Assembly: GCA_041752695.1 (NCBI GenBank)
Contig: JBGSVZ010000096.1
Location: forward strand, 1 to 57,740
Reading direction: 5' to 3'
DNA length: 57,740 bases
Source of the DNA: Terrimicrobiaceae bacterium
Lineage (GTDB): Bacteria; Verrucomicrobiota; Verrucomicrobiia; Chthoniobacterales; Terrimicrobiaceae
Numbering within the stretch: the stretch's first letter is position 1; the number at the start of each line of letters is the position of its first letter. Below are positions 53,301 through 57,740 of this stretch, piece by piece. A program made the position numbers and the translations under genes. The notes beneath the pieces were generated by a model. That model saw nothing but the letters and a program-made list of their open reading frames with translations, did no database searches and was not told the origin of the DNA.

Positions 53301-56300
53301 TCGCGGATTTACATAACCCCGGGGGATGTCGAGGGAGCGAGCGGGGATTTTAAGGGGATGGGCGCATTTATTGCGAGGTCAAATTCTTATGCTGCGCTGA
53401 TTGGCAACGTGCTCAATGGAGGCTTTGGCAGGGCCCGTGCGGATTGCAGTTTTGATGAGGAAAATTTCCGTACGATGAGGCTGCTGTTTTCGTTTGCGCA
53501 AAGTTTTGCGCTGAGTTTTGACTGTGATATCCAGGCGGGGGCCATCGCTGACGACCCTGTGGTGGCCTGGTGGCTCGCCCAGCAGCTTCTCGACGCGATT
53601 GGCGAGTTTCAAGTCAATGCGTATCAAAATGCCCTTGCCCAAGCTTATGCCATCGAGATGGGTTTCCCTTACACTCCCGGCAACGGAAATTCCTACATGG
53701 ATATGGTGGCGAGCTTCACCAGCGGGGGAGACGCGGGGCCGCCCAGTTTCTTTAGTAATGTGTTGGTGATGATCGGGGATCCCGTTCATGTGGTCACCGG
53801 GGAATTCCATGTGGACCAGACGGATTTGACCCTGCCTGGACCGATGCCGCTGGAGATTCGGCGGAATTACAGCAGCCAGAATCTAGCGCATAATGAGTTC
53901 GGCTACGGGTGGAAGCTGGGATATTTCCCGCAGCTCACCGTGGCCAGCGGAGCCAGCGTCCTTTATGCCGCGGAAATGGATGGTTCCGTGGTGGCCTACC
54001 GGCAGGTTAACTCCACGCTCTGGAAACCCGAACCAGCGGATAACCCGACGCTGTCAAATTTCGGTAAGGGCATGACCGGAGGCCCGGCCAATATCTTTTC
54101 GTCCCGCATCACCAAGGCGGTCGACGGGTCCTACACCCTCACCGCCGCAGATGGGTCCACCCGACGCTTTGTCGTTGCGTCCTTCCCCGGCGGTGGACTC
54201 ACGCGCGAGCGGCCCTATCTCGACAAGTGGACGGATGCCAACGGGAACTTTTTGCAGTTTCACTTTGAGTCCGATACGAACGCTCCGGGTTACGGAAAAC
54301 TTGCCGCCATCGTCTCGAGCAATGGCAGCTTTGTACGGTTTACCCACGATGTCCTCGGGCGGATCAAGGAAGCATTTACCGGGGATGGGCGACGGGTGCA
54401 GTATCGATACGACGGTCACGGAGATCTGGTGGAGGTGATTCGTCCCGACGCCTCGGTGGTCGGCTACGACTACGGGCGATTCGAAGAGTTCGGCAAAACG
54501 TATTCCGACCATCTCATAGTGCGGGAACGAAAGCCCGGGGGCCGCATTTTGGAGAATGACTATGACGAGTTCCGCCGGGTGACCGAACAGCGCGCCACGG
54601 TTGGCGAGGACATGACGCCCGTGCGCAACGCTACTTTTGTTTACGACCAGACGAAGGATCTAGATCCCCAGAGCCCGAACTACAAGACGCTGACCGGCTC
54701 CACCACCATCCTCGATGCCTACGACCGGGAGACGCGGTATGATTACGTGGGAGGCCAGATTAGCACGATTACCGATCCCCTCAATCAGACTGTGACGCAA
54801 CAATGGTACGCGCCCGGCGATAGCTCGCCAGGAGCCTTCCCGCGCAGCCTGAAACAACACAAGGACAAGCGCAAACTCGTCACCGACTTTGCCTACGACG
54901 CGGCGGGGAATCTGGACTACCAAACCGTCACCGGAGACGTGACTGGCGATGGTGTGTCCGACACAGTCACGACGAACTATTCGTTCAACGCGCTGAATCT
55001 GCCGACGGAAATCATCGACCCGGCGGACAACCGGCTGGTCTTTGTTTATGAAGACAGCCTTAGGCCGAGACAGCCGACGAAAATCCGCCGACAGGTGGGT
55101 GCAACGGTGGTGAGCGAGACGGTCAATGCCTATACCGATGTGGTGAGTGGCACGCTACAGGCCCGGGGCGTGCTGCAAAGTTCGACCCTGGCGGCAGGGA
55201 CAACCGACGAAGCCGTGACAACATGGACGCATGATGCGCGGGGTTATCCCCTCACGATGACGCGGCAGACCGGAACGGGAGATCCCGCGGTGGTAGCCAC
55301 GTTTGTCTTCAACGACCGGGGCGAGGAAGTGGAACGCAAGGACGCGGCGGGGCGGAAGGTGGTCTCGGCCTACGACGACATGGGGCGGCGCACATGGGAG
55401 GAATATTGGGAAAACGGTGGGCGCATTGGCTGGAACTACCGATATTACAACGGCAACGGCGAAGTGGAGTGGACAGATGGCCCTCGCTATAACCCGGAAG
55501 ACTTTGTCTGGAGAAAATACGATGGGGCGGGTCGCCCAAAAGAGGAACTGGTTTGGCGCAGCACGTCCAATAACACAGGAGACGGTGTGATCGCTGGGTT
55601 GCCCGATTCCGGGCTCTACTCGAATACCACGTTCGTGCACAACCTCTTCGGGGACTTGAAGGCGGTGGTGAACCCACTGGGAAACGCCACGACTTTTGAT
55701 TATGACGACATCGGGCAACTGACAGGAGTGCAACGTAGAGCCGAAGGCCCGGAAGGCACGATTTGGGCGGCGGAGTCCACTATTCGGGAACCCGGCGGGA
55801 AACCCGCCTCCCACACCAACCCGCTAGGTGGGGAAACAAGCTTTCTATATACAGCCGATGGCAAACCGCGGAGGCAACAGAATCCGGACGGCACCGTGCT
55901 CGAATGGCGTTACCGCACCGATGGTCGCATCGAGCGCGAGCCAGTGAATCATAATAACTATTTCCTCGTGGCTTACGATGATACGGCACGGACCATTACA
56001 AAAACTCTAAAAACCTTGGATGGAACAACGCTCGGAACGACCTCGAAAAGTTTCGATCGGCGGGGAAATACCATCAATGAAACTGATCTGGCCGGGGCGA
56101 TGTGGAGCAAAACATACGACAGCCTCAACCGCATCAAGACTGTCACCGGTCCGGCGGCTTCGACGGGCTTTGCGCAGCAATCCCTAAGCTTTACATATGA
56201 TGCCAGCGGCGAGACGGTGATTGAAACCAATGCCCTGAACGAGACGACCACTACAAAGCAGGACATCCTGGGCCGCACAAAAAGCGTGGAGGTGAAGAGT

Positions 56301-57740
56301 AGCGGTGGCTTGCTGGCACGAAAGGCAGCCTTCACCTATTCGCTCGACCATCACAGTGTCACGACCACTAGCGGGACGGGGGATGACGCAATCACCGGCA
56401 CAACATGGACTGACACCACGGGAGCAGAAATCATCCGTCGTAATGGAGCGGGGGAATCGTCCGTCTTCGTCCGAGACCAGCAAGGCTTGGTGCGCTTCAA
56501 GGTGGATCCGCTGGGCAGGAGTACACAAATCGAGTATGATGCGCTGGATCGGCCCTGGCGAACAACCCGTCCAGACGGCGGATTGGAAACCCTCTTCTAC
56601 AATGCGGCGGGCAATCTGACCTTTCGCATCATGAACGACGTGCTCGGCTGGCAGGCAATATATAATGCTTCCGGCCGCCGCACTTATGAGCGTTCCTACA
56701 CATCCGCGCAACAAACGCGCGTCTTTACCTATGTTTATTATCCGTCGGGCAAGGATGTGGGCCTTCTCCAAACGATCAATGATCCTCGTGGAGTCGTTTT
56801 CACTCATTCCTATGACGACTTTCTTCGGCCCTCCAACATCGCCGCCACCGGGAGCATCCCGGCGCGAAATCAGACGCATTCCTATGCCTATGACGTTCGC
56901 GGCATCCTCACAGGACTGACTCAGAGTGGCGGTGATCAGCCAAGCTCCGTAATTACTCGTACCCTTTCGCCCTACGGGCAGACTCTTGAGGAATCCGTCA
57001 CGTTTGATGGCACCACGACCTCTCTGACCCAAGGATGGGACGGTGCGGGTCGCCGCATATCGCTCGATACCGGCACAGGCTTCCAGCCGGTATTCCAACA
57101 CAACGCGGCAGGCCAGATGACCTCCCTCACGGCCGGCGGCCAGTCCTATAACTTTGGCTATACTAACGCGGGCCTTCTCAAAACGCGTACGAACCCATTC
57201 CGCACCTTCAGCGTAACGACCCGGGACGCCGCCGGGCGCATCCTCGCGCAAGGCAGCAGTACAGGAACAACCACCCCCCTCACCGAAACGCTAACTTGGC
57301 GGGCAGACGGCACACTGGACACGTACTCCGCCCTTCGCGTCGGAGCGGATGCCTGGAACGAGTCCAGAACGTTCGGCTATGATGACAACAACCGAGTGCT
57401 TTCTGAAACATTTGCTCCCCGGCCCGACGCCAGTGCCACCCTCACGTATGGCTTTGACGCCTACAATCTTGGCATTCGGACTCTGGCACAATTGGATGCG
57501 GGCGGCGACTCGAACTGGACCGCCAACGTGACTGGTTTTAATTATCTGCTTCAGGTTCAAACCGAAAAACTAAACACGACACCAGTAAGCGTTTCGGCCA
57601 GCGGCCAAGCTTTAGGCGCGGCGTCGGTCAGGCTGGAGGTGAATGGAATTTCCGCACCGGATGCCGTTCATCCTGGATGGGAGGATACGACCGGCGGTTG
57701 GACGGCCAGCCTTAGTTTATCCCCCGGCCAGCACATGCTT
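50382..57740 (+). CDS. Giant Rhs/YD-repeat protein with signal peptide, transglutaminase-like region and DUF6531-like motif (3' truncated by window)
   Basis: Hand translation: MNRRFLLILALFGG..., GVYLEGQGSPSEQCALLIYLLRKAGIPA, GDPVHVVTGEF...PLEIRRNYSS...FGYGW, many YD repeats. The same frame was checked at several points and is open at the window end (2453 codons). Confidence 0.92.
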   Translation, partial: MNRRFLLILALFGGLTAEGFAQSNVNARAGRFIRGTDPQPTKQSFVIALDGQKGVGVGATDGGIPLLEGRNPWFLQVPLPWLLDLPGFPMRFDAGGNQVVYPIASFGKSSGGSPLFAGTNYRFGAYFGARPTGFPIDYDIIIYAFAKPVSGAQQDWVDCQKIRIPAKGTPAWEAFAAGGYRLTVPDSAWQNNQSAGHYGLETTVELVEALGPVVMWGVAPNQLSPYILTHKASGTDYYFRVEARGYFTESDTGPWLPVVINWQTSDVDNGIYDPANDILYTLDFDQRPAWSSTFIQAPHFQGEPMPETYAGKSAEDLEGATSGVDYQFAVPDGDWLLTDNSPELRDHPLLEKVVADLGADPLALANYVTNEIRLVDALSYDETGGLEGDSINEGGVRRGALGVYLEGQGSPSEQCALLIYLLRKAGIPAGYVQAPHNALLMLDSRMSRILRMQIKGDKGQDNTQVVPHEIPVNYPWVAAYVPDTENPGQSKWVHLFPWIKDTEIKEGLNLYDYLPQGYENGDLWTRRYLEADPAILTLDAENDTPASLFPKFIEQSLRDNHPSISLADIGMTIRDRRNHYARWADFPQPWAVSDENPLNLRQNLGVTPAKFDTLDLEIYPDDVIDPIDAPLVSLPGLRVCDLHNRRLLAYFEKTGANSHNLIVSLAPYRAAATDSGNFQSSALLGRQEKVVDVSSLTGRFAVKITEKRHRSLPVEFQVPTSLESFLGVLHGLESTRITYLSKGEFAAVVLNYGRVTRRMLDVHAEEFWKAQRELLDDPQAEGDPEIFRGTPMVLLGGSFFERTTAFEDMLDRLHKVQRVSSSGIALATLRPERDAFGALPDQGKITLRYPILDVISRTAALAGSGAVRPDLGQAAARDRDFLEITNGSANEHFAIDQLFGADDSVSTVRLLWNAIAENRPPVLLDNWNYADKGEVLYTVGTETKKLKDWNQAIWSNCVNAFGPVENEDVGNAYSRIYITPGDVEGASGDFKGMGAFIARSNSYAALIGNVLNGGFGRARADCSFDEENFRTMRLLFSFAQSFALSFDCDIQAGAIADDPVVAWWLAQQLLDAIGEFQVNAYQNALAQAYAIEMGFPYTPGNGNSYMDMVASFTSGGDAGPPSFFSNVLVMIGDPVHVVTGEFHVDQTDLTLPGPMPLEIRRNYSSQNLAHNEFGYGWKLGYFPQLTVASGASVLYAAEMDGSVVAYRQVNSTLWKPEPADNPTLSNFGKGMTGGPANIFSSRITKAVDGSYTLTAADGSTRRFVVASFPGGGLTRERPYLDKWTDANGNFLQFHFESDTNAPGYGKLAAIVSSNGSFVRFTHDVLGRIKEAFTGDGRRVQYRYDGHGDLVEVIRPDASVVGYDYGRFEEFGKTYSDHLIVRERKPGGRILENDYDEFRRVTEQRATVGEDMTPVRNATFVYDQTKDLDPQSPNYKTLTGSTTILDAYDRETRYDYVGGQISTITDPLNQTVTQQWYAPGDSSPGAFPRSLKQHKDKRKLVTDFAYDAAGNLDYQTVTGDVTGDGVSDTVTTNYSFNALNLPTEIIDPADNRLVFVYEDSLRPRQPTKIRRQVGATVVSETVNAYTDVVSGTLQARGVLQSSTLAAGTTDEAVTTWTHDARGYPLTMTRQTGTGDPAVVATFVFNDRGEEVERKDAAGRKVVSAYDDMGRRTWEEYWENGGRIGWNYRYYNGNGEVEWTDGPRYNPEDFVWRKYDGAGRPKEELVWRSTSNNTGDGVIAGLPDSGLYSNTTFVHNLFGDLKAVVNPLGNATTFDYDDIGQLTGVQRRAEGPEGTIWAAESTIREPGGKPASHTNPLGGETSFLYTADGKPRRQQNPDGTVLEWRYRTDGRIEREPVNHNNYFLVAYDDTARTITKTLKTLDGTTLGTTSKSFDRRGNTINETDLAGAMWSKTYDSLNRIKTVTGPAASTGFAQQSLSFTYDASGETVIETNALNETTTTKQDILGRTKSVEVKSSGGLLARKAAFTYSLDHHSVTTTSGTGDDAITGTTWTDTTGAEIIRRNGAGESSVFVRDQQGLVRFKVDPLGRSTQIEYDALDRPWRTTRPDGGLETLFYNAAGNLTFRIMNDVLGWQAIYNASGRRTYERSYTSAQQTRVFTYVYYPSGKDVGLLQTINDPRGVVFTHSYDDFLRPSNIAATGSIPARNQTHSYAYDVRGILTGLTQSGGDQPSSVITRTLSPYGQTLEESVTFDGTTTSLTQGWDGAGRRISLDTGTGFQPVFQHNAAGQMTSLTAGGQSYNFGYTNAGLLKTRTNPFRTFSVTTRDAAGRILAQGSSTGTTTPLTETLTWRADGTLDTYSALRVGADAWNESRTFGYDDNNRVLSETFAPRPDASATLTYGFDAYNLGIRTLAQLDAGGDSNWTANVTGFNYLLQVQTEKLNTTPVSVSASGQALGAASVRLEVNGISAPDAVHPGWEDTTGGWTASLSLSPGQHML

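Larger units (their letters stand above)
37013..57740. mobile_element. Probable integrative mobilisable element / genomic island at tRNA-His (right end outside window)
   Basis: Begins at the tRNA 3' end; carries ArdC, toprim protein, relaxase, coupling protein and accessory cargo; housekeeping genes stop here. No integrase is seen in the window. Confidence 0.8.

Noticed and set aside
50580..57560. Many short ORFs listed in the track
   Set aside because: All are off-frame or antisense to the continuous Rhs frame starting at 50382

Overview
High-GC bacterial chromosome segment; gene content and style suggest Verrucomicrobiota (inference). 1-10.4 kb: a guanidine/urea carboxylase nitrogen-scavenging locus (ABC importer, NikR-fold regulator, cgdAB, four-helix-bundle insert, uca) followed by a Phd antitoxin with a broken PIN toxin. 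No guanidine riboswitch is visible. Instead there are sigma54 promoters and two NikR-geometry operators, and the NikR-fold protein has lost three of four nickel ligands. 10.4-36.9 kb: mostly housekeeping and envelope genes (icd, purH, LPS glycosyltransferases, infC with AUU start, ECF sigma/anti-sigma/HtrA-like, dusB, LptF/G, DinG, queH), with small repeats and one duplication scar. From tRNA-His (36937-37012) to the end: a probable integrative mobilisable island. It carries a zeta-like P-loop protein, EEP nuclease, toprim protein, ArdC, a 222-bp structured tandem repeat, an oriT-like region, RHH protein, relaxase, coupling protein, a stand-alone ClpB-D2 ATPase and an XRE regulator. It continues into a three-gene secreted operon whose Rhs gene (>2450 codons) runs off the window and is missing from the ORF track. 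All calls are by eye from motifs; no searches were run.
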